Shown: in pieces, positions 28,830 to 43,385 of the stretch
Layout of the letters: every line of letters begins with the position of its first letter
Position numbering within the stretch: position 1 is the first letter of the stretch
Assembly: GCA_964016885.1 (NCBI GenBank)
Contig: OZ024742.1
Location: forward strand, 59,582,001-59,646,000
Source of the DNA: Eledone cirrhosa
Lineage: Eukaryota
Length of the DNA: 64,000 bases
Reading direction: 5' to 3'
Notes under the pieces: model-generated
Database searches by the model: none
What the model was told of the DNA's origin: nothing
Seen by the model: the letters and a program-made list of their open reading frames with translations, nothing else
Translations under genes and position numbers: made by a program

Positions 28830-30410
28830 CCCATCCTATCCCCCCAGACCCTACCCCACTAACACCACACTAACACACATCCCACCGCATTATTCCGCCC
28901 CATAGCCCACTATACCCTGGTAGATCTGACCACAACACACCCCTCCAAATCACAATACAATATACACCGTTACACTAAACAACAAGATATCACCCCTACA
29001 CCAAAAGACACAGCAATACTTCACCACATCACACCACACCAACCACTCAGACAACCAAACCACTCGACACCGCACCATACCTGACCACGCCATACCGCTC
29101 CACCGATTCAACCACCATGTACCACGCCACACCACAAGGAGACACACCTCATACCGTTATAACCTACCACTCCCAGAAGTATTATACTACTGTATACCCC
29201 ATCCCACTTCACTGCCCCAGGACCAGTACAACATATCCAACCTCAAACTACGCACTTCAATATCGGGAAAAATTAGACCGCGTTACACCACACAACACCA
29301 CACCAAATCACTGTACACCAGACTACAACACTAAAAACACACCCCACCGTCATACCCAATCCCCACTTAATTACAAACACTACATAATACTACACCTCAC
29401 CACACCTCAGCAAATCAACCTAATTCACTTACACCACCCTACACTACAACACACCACATCACACTAAAATACCCCACTCCTCACCACGCTGCACTACATT
29501 ACTACACACTAGATCCCACCGCACCATACACAGCCACATCACCTCATACCACACTATACTACCACACAACACACCACATACTTCTCACACAACTCCATAC
29601 TCAAAAACTCACCACTGCCGACTATATTATTTCACACCTTAGTCCAGTGAGTATAGCAACTGAAGCTGCCCCAGTGCGCAACAATGTCCGACACCTTATT
29701 TCAATCATCACAATACAGCACATCACATCATAACACTACATTACACTCCACCCCACTAATCCACTGGACACCTATTCATACTACCCAACACCTAGCTATA
29801 CTACACTTTATCCCACGAAATTGCAAACATTCTATTCAACCACACCAATGTCATCACCCCCTACCACAGTACGCCTATACACTCCACATCAAATCAAATC
29901 AAGTACACCGCAATACGTCACACGACCCTATCAACTACACCACATGATACTGCACTACATTACACTATACTAAACCATAATGATAAGCAACATGGCATAG
30001 TACACCAAACCCCACTACACTATACAGTATCCAAGTATACAACACCACAATATCCCTTACCAGGCCCTAACTAAATAAAACTATCTTACACTTCAGTACG
30101 CGACATCGCCTATGTCCATACAATAGTACAGCACAAATAACTCGATAAGACACATCACAGTTCGCTACTCAATACATCATTACACCACAATAAAATACAA
30201 GTATCACACCACAACACACCACACCTCTGTACACCACACCACTCCACACCATCCTTTATCACCGCACACTACACTACACTAAATCACAAATATTATACCA
30301 CAATACACTACACCACACCCAGATACACCCAAACTAAAATACACCACATCCACACTAATTACACAACCCCATACATTCAATATCACACCACAGTAGACTA
30401 CACCAATATA
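28830..30410. repeat. Degenerate (CACCA/CACTA)n low-complexity tract
   Basis: Strongly C/A-skewed decayed pentamers directly 3' of the minus-strand PLE. Confidence 0.8.
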
Positions 30411-30414
30411 CACG

Positions 30415-32512
30415 CTATGAGTTCAATAGGGTCAAGCAGCGGTACTGTACAAGTAGGAGTGATATATCAGCAGAACTATGTAATAGGTTTATAGTGGTAA
30501 TGTGAATACAAGATGAGAAAATCTCAGATTTTCTATTCAGTAATTCGCAGTTAGAGTAAACTATGGCACGAAACTCAAGCAGGCAGAGGTTACAAGTTTT
30601 GTTCGGGGGGCGGTAGGGTGGAGATTTAGTTACCAATCTCCAATTGAGTGTATAATCTATACCATCATATTTTAAAGAGTGCATATATTTCGCTAAGGAG
30701 GTAGCATTTTTAAGCCTATCATATCCAAAAGTATAATTGTGGTAGTCAAATCTAGTTTTAAAAGCTGTAGAGGTAGAACCAACATATTTCTTAGTTGAGG
30801 TTGTTGTTACAACCTCACATGCATAAACAATATTCCTCATGAGGGAATTGCCTTTTAAAGGGCAATTTCCACTCCTTCTACAGTTACAACTACGGTATGT
30901 GTCGTTATTCATACCTTGGGATGGCTTATTGTTCAAACCCATTTGATTTGTAATGTGTCCATCAGATGTAATGTCAGCGATCTGCGGTACCGCACTAGCC
31001 AATGTTGCTGCTGGTTACTCACAGTTTTAATATTTTCAAAACCTACACTCATTTTCTGAGTATTAGTACGTGCCAGGTGGTAACCTAGGTTAGGTGTAGT
31101 GGAGTACGATAATTTAATTGTGTTTTTATTGAATATAGTATGGTATCTGCTACCCGGCGGGAAGTTTTTTTCTAGGATTAAGAAGAATGGTATATCTTTT
31201 TTATATATGTTTTTGGACTTCAGAGTTGTATGGTGGGTTGAAAAAGGTGTTAATTCTTCTTTTATTTTTTCTATTTTCCCCACTACAGTCCGGTTCACAC
31301 CAGGGCTACTACTCTCCCCTACGCATACAGAACTAAGTCCACCATAAATTGGTCGTGAAATTCTCCCATTAAATAGGTCAATATGTCTATCTAATACTCT
31401 ACTATGAGTGTGTTTTCCAAATCTTACAGCACTTCCATTAGTGTAACCATTATACGTATTTGGAGGATGCTTATTAGGGCCATTCAGTCTAGGTTGGGCT
31501 GAGCTAATCACTACATTAGTCCTATCTAGAGTTTTATTACTTTTATCATTATAATTATAATTTAAAGACATATTATGCGTAATAACATTATTATGTCTAG
31601 CTACGGTGGATTGGGAGTTAGCAGGTACGTAAAATAGTTATTTTTATATCCATACTTAGCTAATGCAACGTTAGAGTTGAAAATATTTTTACTACATGAT
31701 AAACGGCTGATCTTATTAGATACTCCCTTAACAATAGCACTCAGTACAGATTTAGGATGGTTGGATTCAGCATGTACATAAGTTAGTCTCTCATTAGGTT
31801 TATGTTATGGTGTGTAAATCCTATTTTCTAGATCAAGTGTTGCATCCAAGAAATTTACCGTTATATTATTCTTATCTATCGTAATATTAAGGTTATAACC
31901 TTTAAAGAATTTGCGTAGGTCCTTCTTTGTCCTCTCAATACTGAATTTTTTTATGCTCAAGGGTAAGGAGGGCATCATCTCGGTATTAACCACCGCATAG
32001 GAATGGATGTGTCTTATGGAGTTCATAGATCAGGTAAAGTCCGATTAAATCAGTCACATGGGCAGAGTCAGCAGATCCCATTGTGATATCAAAGTTGTTG
32101 TTAGTATTTTTCCTAGTCCATAACTGTTCCTCAAATAAGATTAAGGTTTTACGAGCAGTTAAAACTATATCAACTTGGGATCTGGTTAGATCACTATTCT
32201 GCATGGCCATGATGAGTGCCTTATTCAAAAGAATAGGAAATATAGAAGTGTAGTAAGAATCTATATCGAACTGGACAAACCTGAGAGAGCGATGGTTACT
32301 AATGCTGGAGTACTATTTGATTACTTCCTCCGTATTTCCCCACACATTTAGGAAAATGTTGTTTCTAATCACTGGAACTCTGTCTAAAATCTTTTTACTT
32401 ATGATCCCTATGTCCGACTTAGAGGGGCTGATAAGTTTAATAGATGGGTTGCTAATGAAGTTTTCCTTGTGATCCTTAAGTGTAAACCTTGGTTGTCTAG
32501 GGGTGAAAGGTT
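30415..32512 (-). pseudogene. 5'-truncated PLE RT + GIY-YIG (YRDD / CNC..CPLxG type), several stops and frameshifts
   Basis: FTLKDHKENF..NPSIKLI, FDITMGSADSA, YRDDAL, NFLDATLDL, CNCRRSGNCPLKG, NIVY..KYVGST..FKTR, CNLCLLE and LLNRKSEIFSSC. Confidence 0.95.
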
Positions 32513-32514
32513 GG

Positions 32515-32554
<40 letters not shown>

Positions 32555-32556
<2 letters not shown>

Positions 32557-33480
32557 CGTTCTTCTATTATTGTATATGTAGCTATATCTGTGAAAAGGAA
32601 AAGGGAATACAGTACTCAATCGGGAAGGACCAGAAATATATTATTTCTTTATGCCTCCAGAAACCAAGAGGCGTAAAAATAGTGACCTTTCATCAGGCGA
32701 TTATAAGAGATTATAAGATATCGTTAAAAGAAAATATTTTCGCATGTTTACGAACCAAAAAAAAATATATATATATAAATAAACAAAGGGAAATAACTCC
32801 AAGATGTAAATTTGAATTTTGAGATCAACCACGTATTAGTGTTTGTATAGTATAGCAGAAATATTGTATGATGTAGGGGAATATAATATAGTGATGGTAA
32901 TATTTATTAAGGTATAGAGTCGATTAGTATAGAAAGTGTATTGTATTATGTAAGTGTGGAAAGAGAAAGAAAAATATAAGGGAAGTATATAAATCCCATT
33001 AAGGTGGTTTAAAACCAGTCGAATTTGTTAAATATTTCCACTCAGCAAGCAGTTGAATTTAGAGATTGATGCATTCCCTAAAAATTTCGCTCTTTGAGTT
33101 CAAGTAAATATTGTTCAGAGATGACAATCCATGCAATATCCTAAATATCTCGCTCAGACTAAAATTACATTTCTTGGAACGGTACCCTTGCTGAAATGTC
33201 AGGATAGTTCAATACTTGAAAGGTAATACTTCCCTTATATCTTTTATTTGTCCTTCTCTTAGGTAGCGCTTTGTTCTGTGTATGATCATAAATAAATTAT
33301 TATATGATGGACTCAACCGTTGATATCCGACATATGAGTGTCCAACAAAAGTTAAATGTGAGAAAGGGAACTGATTTTGAACTACCCACAAAAAGTTTTG
33401 TTTTAAGTGGTAAAGGTTTGTATAGGACCAACCACACTTTTTGGAACTGACGACACGTATCTTCGGTGTAAATGTTTGCC
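32555..33480 (-). mobile_element. Decayed PLE 3' end (EN C-terminus + pLTR with broken hammerhead)
   Basis: ..KLFVGSS.., YRSKKCNFSLSEIFRI..LNSKSEIFREC; CTGATGA at ~32689-32695(-). Confidence 0.65.
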
Positions 33481-33509
33481 ACGGAAAATACAACGACAGT
33501 CCTAAAAAA

Positions 33510-33714
33510 AAAGAAAACTCTTTGGATGGCCGTTGACCTTACTGAGTTCCTCCGCCCTTTGCCTGGTCTTGTATTTCATTCCGCAGGGTGTCCAAATATC
33601 ACTCTCCTCACCAAGCAATCTTGGTAGGGTTGCCGGTTTAGACGCCGACGACCCGACCGTGAGACAGGTTGTACTGGGTTACATGTTACCAGTCGCACTT
33701 GAGAGCGACATGAC

Positions 33715-33715
<1 letters not shown>
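33510..33715. repeat. Interspersed repeat shared with 5765-5868
   Basis: Direct alignment by eye. Confidence 0.7.
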
Positions 33716-33800
<85 letters not shown>

Positions 33801-33840
33801 CTCGTGCAGATAGAGAGAAAAAAGTGAGAGAGACATATAT

Positions 33841-34028
33841 ATTTGTTTCTACTTTTGGCAAAAGGCCAGCAATTACCCAGTACATTACTGTTACTTTATT
33901 TTATCGACCCCGTAAGGATGAAAGACAAAGTTAACCTCGGAAGGATTTGAACTCAGAATAGCAAGCGCTGCAACTCTATGCTGCAAAGCATGGCGTCCGA
34001 CTCTCTACCGTTACTGCCAATCCACCAC
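33841..34028 (-). mobile_element. Meta-domain SINE
   Basis: A and B boxes and core as in the other copies. Confidence 0.92.
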
Positions 34029-36418
34029 ATATATAATATGCTCAATGTATACGCACTGAAATTACGTTGAGTTCAAATGCATCAACTTCCATATCAGATA
34101 TTTCTTTCCGTTTTTTTTTTGTATAATTATACTGATAACTTAGAATATTTTAAACAATAGAAATATAGACATCTTATATCATCCTATTACCATTTTATTA
34201 TAATTAAATTCTATAGTTGTAAGCTATCTTCTATTGTATGATATTTTCTTTCGGCCCGATCTCATTAGTAGTTTATTTTCCGAAGCAGACATAGGAATTT
34301 TATCATATATATTTTTCCAGGATTCGATTATAATTAATAATTTCTATATTAATTAGGAGATATAATAATTTAGACATACAATGTTATAAGAAAAAATGAG
34401 AAAAATCTTAGGTATTATATTGAAACGTTGGAAAAATACGTAATCTGGAAATTCATAAGAAATGCTAATTCCAATATTTGAATAGTTCTGAATTAACCAG
34501 AGATTACCATCACTGGTGACGTGGAAGAGGCTTTAGAACTTCGAAAGCAATGTCTCAGTTCTCTGCTATATGAATTCAAATATTACCGGAAGTTATAAAG
34601 TACTGAACCAACCCAAGACTGGCAGTATTGTTGCAGCAGTAATGTGGTTTCCTCTTTATTCAGATTCTGAATTCAAATCCCTTTCCGGTGTACAACGATG
34701 GTAGATTTAACTCGTCGCCCTGTTTCATCACCAGCCCTCATCCCTTTGGTGACATGGGTGACATGAGTAGCACCCACTCTCTTTTAAGTATTCGGACGAG
34801 GTCTTTGGTTTTAGGATACATTTAGTTCTTCGTTCTTGCCAATAGTCATGTGTACTACATTTCCCTTCGTGGCTAAGCAGCGTAATATCCGGAATGCCAA
34901 AGTAATAATGTAGCATCATACTTTATTGTTTGGGAAAAAAGCAGCTGGCATGACATTGACCAGAGTCACTATAGACGAGAAAAGGGGTAAGTTACTTAGA
35001 CCCAATCACAGGCCCTAATGTCTGAGACACTACGGTCATATTTCGGTAATATTTAAACTGAACATGTATTTCGTTGCTCGGATGTGAAATTGTAATTGAA
35101 AAATAATAATTTTTAATTTAGGAAAGATGGGAGGTGGGAAGAGTAAAGTCGATGTAATTGACTTCCGTACTAAACTGATAATATATTTTATCAACTACAG
35201 AAGGATGTGGGATTTTATTCAGGTGGGATTTTATTCAGGTTCTGATTTAGAAAGATGATCAGCAAATTTAGTGGGCGGGGAAATTTGATTATATTGACCT
35301 CGGTACATGACTGGTCCGATCATTTAACGACCTGGTAAATAAGAGAGGCGAACATGTTTTCGACGGAATTTAAACTCGGAGCACAATAATCCGTAACACA
35401 GACCACAGGGCATATCAACGTTAAATTTTAGCTGAAAGATAAAGATAAAATCTAGAGAAAAAAGGAAAAATCATATGATTACATACCTTTCGTGACAAAA
35501 GAAAATGTTGTTTCGGTCGGATTTTCATTTATTTATAATTTAAAATCGACATTTTAACCAAAGAAATAAATAATAACAAATAATGCAATCATTAAAACTG
35601 CTTTTTTCAGAAGGGGACTGTAAACATTTTTTACAGTCTCCTTTTTTAATTGTAATACTCAACAGTTATGAAATAATACATATGAATAAGCCATATATGA
35701 CGAACATGATAAAGTAATGTCAGTTTCATCAGGAGATAAAAGGCCTCCATCCTTTTGAAGGAAAAAAAAAAAATTGAGTATAAATCCTGGAAAACTGTAA
35801 AAAAAGAAAAAAAAAATCACAACGGATTGACACTCCAAATTCACTATTCTCCTTTTACTTTGCTCCACTTTTCAAATTAAATGACACGACGATTCAGTTA
35901 TATTCAAATATTGTAAGCGCGTCCATTGAGATTATCGTTACGTTGTTTGCGAAAATGTAAAACAAATCTTTATATCCCAGACAGAAATGTTGACTTTTAT
36001 TCTTAGATACTTTTTTTTATATAATTGTCTGCTGGTGGATTTTGTATTTCGCTCTATATCTTCACCATTAACAAGAGGAAGGCAACGACGACAACAGTGT
36101 CATTAACAACAACTCTACCATTAACAAGAGGAAGCCAACCCCAATTTTACTAGTTCATCGAAACCGGTAATATTTTATATACGTTATATACATTATAAAA
36201 CTCGTTTTTAAAAAAAATTGTCCCTCTCATTTTTTCAATAATGCCACTTTGACGAATCAAAGAAATAAAAAAGAAAAACAGACCCTAAATATATTTTTAG
36301 TGATATTTCCAATTTCACCTTCTCTCTGTATATATATATATACGGCCTTCAATTCACCTTTTGGTGGTATGTCATATATTTAATTAGTGTTATGATTGTT
36401 TATTATAATCATTATTAT

Positions 36419-37329
36419 TAGGGCGGTAGAGTGACAAAATAGGTAGAGCGTCGGGCATCATGCTTTGCAGCATAGTTACGGCTCTTTACGTTCTGAGTTC
36501 AAATCCCACCGAGGTTTACTTTGCCTTTCATCCTTACGGGGTCGATAAAATAAAGTACCAGTCGATTTAATCCACATTCCCCTCCCGTCAAATTACTGGC
36601 CTTGTGCCTAAATTAGAAATCATCATTATCATTATTATTAGGGAAATGGATTAGCAGGATTAGTCGTGCGTCGGACAACATGCTTTATTGCATTGAGTTA
36701 TGTTCCTTTAGATTCTTAGTTCAAATCTCGTTTGGGTTAGCTTTGCCTTGCCTTTCATCCTTACGGGGTCGATAAAATAAATCACCAGTAATGAACTAAG
36801 GTCAATTTAATCGACTTTCTCCATTCGCCAAAATTGCTGGCCTTGTGCTTATAATAGAAATCATTATTAGGGAGTTGGATTAGCAGAATTGTTAGAGCAT
36901 CGGTTAGTATGCTTTACAACATTTGTTCCGGTACTATGCGCTCAGAGTTCAAATCCCACCAAGGTAAACTTTGCCTTCTATCATTCCGGGGTCGAAAAAA
37001 TACAGTTCCGGGATTAGTGTTGATTGATAACCAGCTCCCCCTCAATATTGCTGTCCTTGTACCTAAATTAGAAATCAATATCATCCCTTTTTGTTGCGTT
37101 CAAATCACGCCGGGGTTAGAGGATTGGTAGTAATCGGTAGATCGTCGGATACCATGCTCCACAGCTTACACGTATGTATCTTTACGTTCTGAGTTCAAAT
37201 CCCGCCGAGGTTAGCTTCGACTTTCATTCTTACGGGTCTAAAAATAAAGTACCAGTAACGCACTTGGGTCGGATTAATATACTTCACTCTTCCTTTCAAA
37301 TTGCTGGCCTTACTCTAAAAGTAGAAACA
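36419..37329 (+). mobile_element. Head-to-tail array of four Meta-domain SINEs
   Basis: Copies at ~36419-36620, 36640-36861, 36868-37078 and 37110-37329, mostly separated by (ATT/ATC)n tails. Confidence 0.9.
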
Positions 37330-37524
37330 GTCGTCGTTCTTGTCGTCGTTGTAGTTCTTTTTCTTATTTTTCCAAAAATCCTTTTGGTATTTGATTACAT
37401 TATTTCACATTGTAAGTTCAAATTAAGCCGGAGTCGATTATGTCTTTCAAACTGCCATGTTCGGTGACATAATCAGTAAAGCACTAAACATTTGGCATGT
37501 TCAGTAATCAACTATAGTCTAGAA

Positions 37525-40021
37525 CAAAGGTTCTCAACCCATTTCGGCAAAACGCCCCCTTTTGCCGCTCGAAATCACGAAACGCCCCCTTACCCTATTT
37601 TTCCATTTTACAATATACTACTGATTTTGATATCAGTAGATTACTAAAAAATTGATTAACGATATTTCAAAGATACCATTGCAGGTAGTTGAAAGTATAA
37701 ATACATTCCTTGAAAGGAAGTATATACATTTCAAAAAAAAAAACATAAATGTTCTTTTTTATGAATAAGGACCAGTTGAATTTGTTATATTCCCACCAGA
37801 CGATACCAGTTATTTTGAGCAACTTTGTCTATCCAAAGAGTGCTCTTATCTGGAAGAAAGTGGCAATTATATCATTTCAAAGCTTTCCAATTTTCCCTTT
37901 AATGAAACGGACAGAATAAATGTTGATATCTAACTTGATGTCCCCTCTGCTTTGTGAGCTTAGAAACCACGGAAGAGGGTTTTCATGACCACGTAAGAGG
38001 GTATATTCATTAGTAAATGGTAAAATATATACAACAAATGATTAAGTGAATTGTGGTAGATGGTTTCCAGTCCAGTCAGACTGCAACTACAAATAAAAAA
38101 TCGACTTACTTTGACCTCGTTTCAATGGGACCCTTAAGCTTCATGGAGTTTAGCTAACTCTTTGACGTCGGCTGGATTTTTGTAAGATGTAGCCGGAGAT
38201 CTCCATGTGTAATCACATTGTAGCGGTTGCGGGCCTTACTGTGCAGTCTGGAAACAGCGCCAAACCCCCTCTCGACTAAGTATGAGCTAGGAAAAGGCAA
38301 AGCAAATCTCTTAGCCTCTGCATGTAGGAGTGCAAATCGACGCTGAATTTTCTCTTGCATCCAAAAAAGGGGTTCACCTATTTTGGAAAATTTAATTTTG
38401 ATAATGTCATCTGTCTGAAGTTCAATTAATTCTTCCTCAAATTTAACGTCCAAATCGTCGACGTTAGCTATGAAGGGATCTGCTATCCACATTGGGATGT
38501 CCATCTGCAAAAGGTCAACAAACCTTTCTCTCATGTTGTCTTGTAGTTCACGGAGGTGCGCGTTATAAATTCGGAGTTGGTCATCGCTCACAATGTTTTG
38601 AACATTGGCGACACTAGGAAAATTCCCGTCGACAAAGATTCCTTTCGATGACTTTCAATTTGGCCAGGAATATTTTCACAGCATTCCTTGCTTTAAACAA
38701 GGTGATCTTCTCCCCCTGCAAAGCTATAATGAGGCTATTGCATTTGTCGAAGATGTCGGCGAGGTATGCGCAGTCTTGCCTCATATCGACGGTTTTTTTT
38801 AATACAATTCTCTGTTGCTTCCTTGAAGAAACTCAATGATAGACTCGAACAGTTCAATAGTGCGAGTAAGGCACTTGCCCTATGAAAGCCACTTCACTTC
38901 AGTATCAAGGAGCAACTCTACGAATTCTTCATCCTTATCTTCGCACAGTCGCCGGAAAATTCGTTCATTGAGGGCATGGCGTTTGATATAATTGATGACA
39001 TCAATGGCTACCTACAAAGACTTGCTCAGCGGATCGCTGAGTTTCTTCGCAGCCAAGTGTTCTCGATGAATGACACAATGAACAGCAAATACAGATGGAT
39101 TTTCCCTCTTCAGAAGAGAGACGAAACTCTTATGTTGGCCGACCATTGCTCTTGCGCCGTCCGTAGCACATGATACAATATTGTTAAGAGGTATCTCTTT
39201 TTCTTCGAGGTATCCCTTGACAGATTCAAAGATGGTGGCACCTTTAGTATCTGTGGCTAGATTCAGAGTGAAGAGAAGCTCCTCGTGCATTTCGTTTTGG
39301 TGGAAAAATCGCACGTATCCCAGTAGTAAAGACTGATTCCCGGAAAGTGTGCTTTCATCAAGTTGCAAAGCAAATTGTGTCGATTTCAAGATGCTGCATA
39401 ATTTTTGTTCAACATTTTCCGCCATTTCGTCGATGCCTCTCCTTATTGAGTCGTTACTCAACGGAATACATTTCAAGGTCTTTAACGGGTTCTGATGTAG
39501 TACTGTTGAAAGAACTTCTGAGATGACAGGAGCTACCAATGTTTCACCCAAGGAATGGGGCTTGCCACACTTTGCGATTATGTTGACAATATTGTAAGAT
39601 GCGGCAAGTCCATCAACATTTGAAGCTTCAACTTTTGAAAAGGCAGAAGAAATTGGTGTTGTTTTCTGAAATTGGTCCCTAAGAGACTGAAAGTATGCTA
39701 AATCTTTATATCCTTTATCGGGGTGCCTCACCTCCACATGTCTACTCAAAGGCGATGGCTTCATCACCTCATTCGAAAAGGACTCCTTGCAAATTAAACA
39801 CATGGGTGTTAAACAAGTCGAGACAAGTTATATATGAAGATTAACCAGTCTTTCAAGTAGGAATAGTAATAAATTAGCTTGAGGGAATTAAGGTGGCAGA
39901 CTCAATAAAGGATCAATGAGGCAACGAGTTCAATAGAACTTAATGCAAGAATGACTAGTAATGGGCTATTTTGAAATGGAATTCATCAATTAAGCACGTA
40001 TGTATGTACGTATCTATGTAG

Positions 40022-40074
<53 letters not shown>

Positions 40075-40668
40075 CATGTATATGTATATAAATCTACATA
40101 CATACATATATACATACATTTACGTATGTATATAGCTATGCATTTATACATTTGTATATATACATGCATTTATATTTAAGTGTGTAAGGATGTTGATATG
40201 ATCTATGTGTTCTTTTTTGGTAAGGAGAAAAATTTTGTCGCCAGATTTTATTATTTAGGGAGATTAAGTACCACACCTCTGGCTGAAAGCTGACTTGGAT
40301 CCTAACCTCATCAAACACTAACGCCGGCCTGTGTATATATGTGTGTGTGTATGTATGTGTATATATGTGTGTGTGTATGTTCACCATCATTCCTCCTTCT
40401 TGTTGTCATTCCTTTTGATTTTTTTGGTTTTCTTTTATCTCCCTAGGGAATTCGTTGACAAGCTTCTTTTATTTATTTTCTTTGTTTTTTTCATTCAAAT
40501 CACTGGCTGTCTAAGAAACGTACAAATATGACTTATAGAACTTACCAAACTAAAGGGAGTTCTAGCATTCCCAAAGTTTCAAACGCCCCTTACTGCATAA
40601 GCCCCCCCCCCCCCCCGAGCTACGACCCCCAGGGGGGGGGGGCATATGCCCCCCGTTGAGAACCTTTG
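37525..40668 (-). mobile_element. hAT (Buster/Charlie) DNA transposon with both ends
   Basis: 14-bp TIR CAAAGGTTCTCAAC (37525-37538 / 40655-40668) and a perfect 8-bp TSD GTCTAGAA (37517-37524, 40669-40676) with central TA. Confidence 0.96.
38154..39803 (-). pseudogene. Buster-type transposase (ZBED5/SCAND3-like), frameshifted
   Basis: CLIC..MKPS.L.RH, IPLSNDSI.R.I, FALQLDEST, CATDGA.AM.G, HCVIHREHL and PFPSSYLVERGF. Confidence 0.95.
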
Positions 40669-40829
40669 GTCTAGAAGGCGGTGTCACATGAAAGTAAATA
40701 TTTAGGAGAATAGCAGAATGTATTTCTTTATAGGTCTTCGTTCCCAATGAATTTATTGAATAAACGCACAAAGCCAGAAAATTGAAGGGTTAACTCAACC
40801 TAACTACTTTCTTGTATATCTTAAGGCAG

Positions 40830-41135
40830 GTGTCTTAGGGAGCAGTGTGATTAGGACACGATTGTAGGATTGTGAGTTCGAATCGAGGTGGTGCACTGTT
40901 CTTCAGCTAGACACTATATTACAAGTTCCTCCAGTCAGCTCAGCTGGCAAAAGTTTATTTTATATATAATATTACCCGCCTTTCCACGGAGAGATTCTAA
41001 GAGAATTACATTAGAACTCGCACGATCTGTGGAGTGCTCGGCCACTTACATGTTAATGTCCTCAGCAGGTTCTTCCGTTCATCAAACAACTAGAACTCAG
41101 ATCTTCGAAATCGACGGGGTGGTGCAACAACAGAA
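40830..41135 (+). mobile_element. Old tRNA-derived SINE of a second family
   Basis: B-box-like gagttcgaatc and a CORE-like middle. The 3' part recurs inverted at ~42945-43040. Confidence 0.55.
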
Positions 41136-43385
41136 AAAAAACTAGCATATTTATTTTAGTGACAGCAGAGGGATATAAAATAAAGTTCACCTCTGCGAGA
41201 TTTGAACACAGAATATACAGAGACGGTATAAATACTACATGGCTTTGTGTCTCACGCCAATCTATTACCTTGCTCTGGTATGACCCTTATACAACATAGA
41301 ACGCCATACTATCAATGTTCGTAGTGCTTTTTGATTTACAGCTGTAATAGAAATACCTGACATTGCTAATGTAGCTTGAAACCACACTGCATCCCTATAC
41401 ATTCACATTCTACTTCAACGCAACAATTAATGACGTCGTATTTAAGTATTTATGAAATTCGTGGAAACTTGTACGCGAATGTGTTAATGTTTAGACACAT
41501 ACATGATGTAGAAGCAATCGGCGAAAATGAAAACTATTAGAATTTGAAATGTTAAAGCGATTCAAAGTTGAGTGAAAATGTTTTAGGTTACATTGTAGTT
41601 TATGATGTTACACTTTATTGAATTCGGTAATAGTTGGCGTTTTGAAGCAGAGTTTAAAATACGTTTTATGGTTACGTGTTCAAAAGAATCATACATTGGA
41701 ATGCTGCTGTCATGATCGACAATATTCTAAATGCTTATAGACCCAGAGAACACAAATTTAAGCATATGTTTAGCATACTATGAAAATAACCTATTATCAT
41801 ATAAGATGAAACGTATAGGAAAATCACACGTAAAAATAGAAGGGAAGTTACAAAAAAGAAATGTGAGGTTTTTATGAAAACTAATGGACGATCGGCTTTC
41901 GCTTGGATGATTGCCGAATGAATTAGAAAAATGAAAAATTTGTATTTGAATAATATGTAGGCATGTGTTGATAAGGACCGTACTATGATTGGGTTTCAAA
42001 TCATGGTCATATATATTTATTAATTTATTCAACCAAGGTTCTTAAGATGTTTGAGTAACACGTAATCACATCTTTAAAATAAATGGACATGCGACGATTC
42101 CAGATATTCCTCAGGAACACGGCCTGCTCTTTACATATAAAATTAAGCTCTGAGCATTCCACATACACGTGCACTAATAAAACATTTTACTCAATATGTA
42201 ATAAAGTTGGCTCTTTGAAAATAGAGATACAATCAATCCGACGGCTGTTTATTCAAGCAGTTTCTATCTACCCAATATCATTCACAAGGTTTGGGTCAAG
42301 TCGCAGTTAGATGGAACCTTATGACAATGAAGCGATATTCTTAAACATATATATAAAAATGAATACAGACGAGCTTCCACAGAGTTTGCGACAACCAAAT
42401 CTTTCGAACATAACGTATCAGTTAACTCAAAGACCCTTAGGGCGGAATAAATGACGATATCTCTTGCTCAAGTAGAAGACTTCCTCGATGCGATGCGTCA
42501 TTTCTAACCATCCAGCCAACCTGCGTCCATAATCTCACGTGAAAGAAAACAATCTCTGTCGCTAAAAATTACGTATGTGTATGCACCCGTAATTCCCATT
42601 GTAGTTGGAGAGGCGACATAGTGACACACGAGATTTTGGGGGAATTTTAAAACGTGGTGGATCTCATCTGCAGTCCAGGTTTGAACATAATGACTTCTTC
42701 TAGAAAAAGATAGAAAGTGAGAGAAAGGATTGGAAAAAGGTATATAGAGGACGAATAACCCCTGTTGTGGACTAGCACTTTTTTTATCCACCTCAAAATG
42801 ATGAAAGGCAACCTTGACCTCAGGGGGAATTGAACTCAAAGCGCAGAGAGCCGGAAAGAATAACACAAAGCAGTTTTTCTGACGTTATAATGATCCTTCC
42901 AATTCCCCATCTCTCGATAAACCTAACAGACTAATGTAATGTGATAGTTTCGAACGTGAGCGTTCTGTTGTTCGATCAATTGAACCTCCAACTCAACAAT
43001 TAAGGTAATAGTGATCGAGTATTCCTCAGAAGCGAGTACTTTTCACATAATGTTACAAAGCAGAATCTTTGAATTACTGGTGCAACAAATCCATAAGATT
43101 CCGCTTACGAAATTACACTTGGAAATTAAAAAAAGCACAAAACGACTGCAAATATCATCTATACAGTGCATCTCTAACAAATGTAATGAAGAGTTCATTA
43201 ATCTTCGGGAGTACAATCTTTTCAATTTGACGTAAATGAATCTGAAAATATGTTCATGTAAGAAACAAAATAGAATTTCATCTAAGTGAAATGACTATGT
43301 TGAGGTTATTCTTATGTAAGAAAAGAATAGATTAGTAGATATATGATAAACAAACACAGACACACACACACACACACACACCCAG

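Noticed and set aside
36419-37329. Regularly spaced repeats resembling a CRISPR array or tRNA cluster
   Set aside because: Units are ~200-bp SINEs with Pol III boxes, no cloverleaf and no unique spacers; the context is eukaryotic.
40270-40316. TTGATGA motifs here and at ~45597, and CTGATGA at ~53336 and ~63525
   Set aside because: Each lacks GAAA or pairable stems, so none was counted as a ribozyme.
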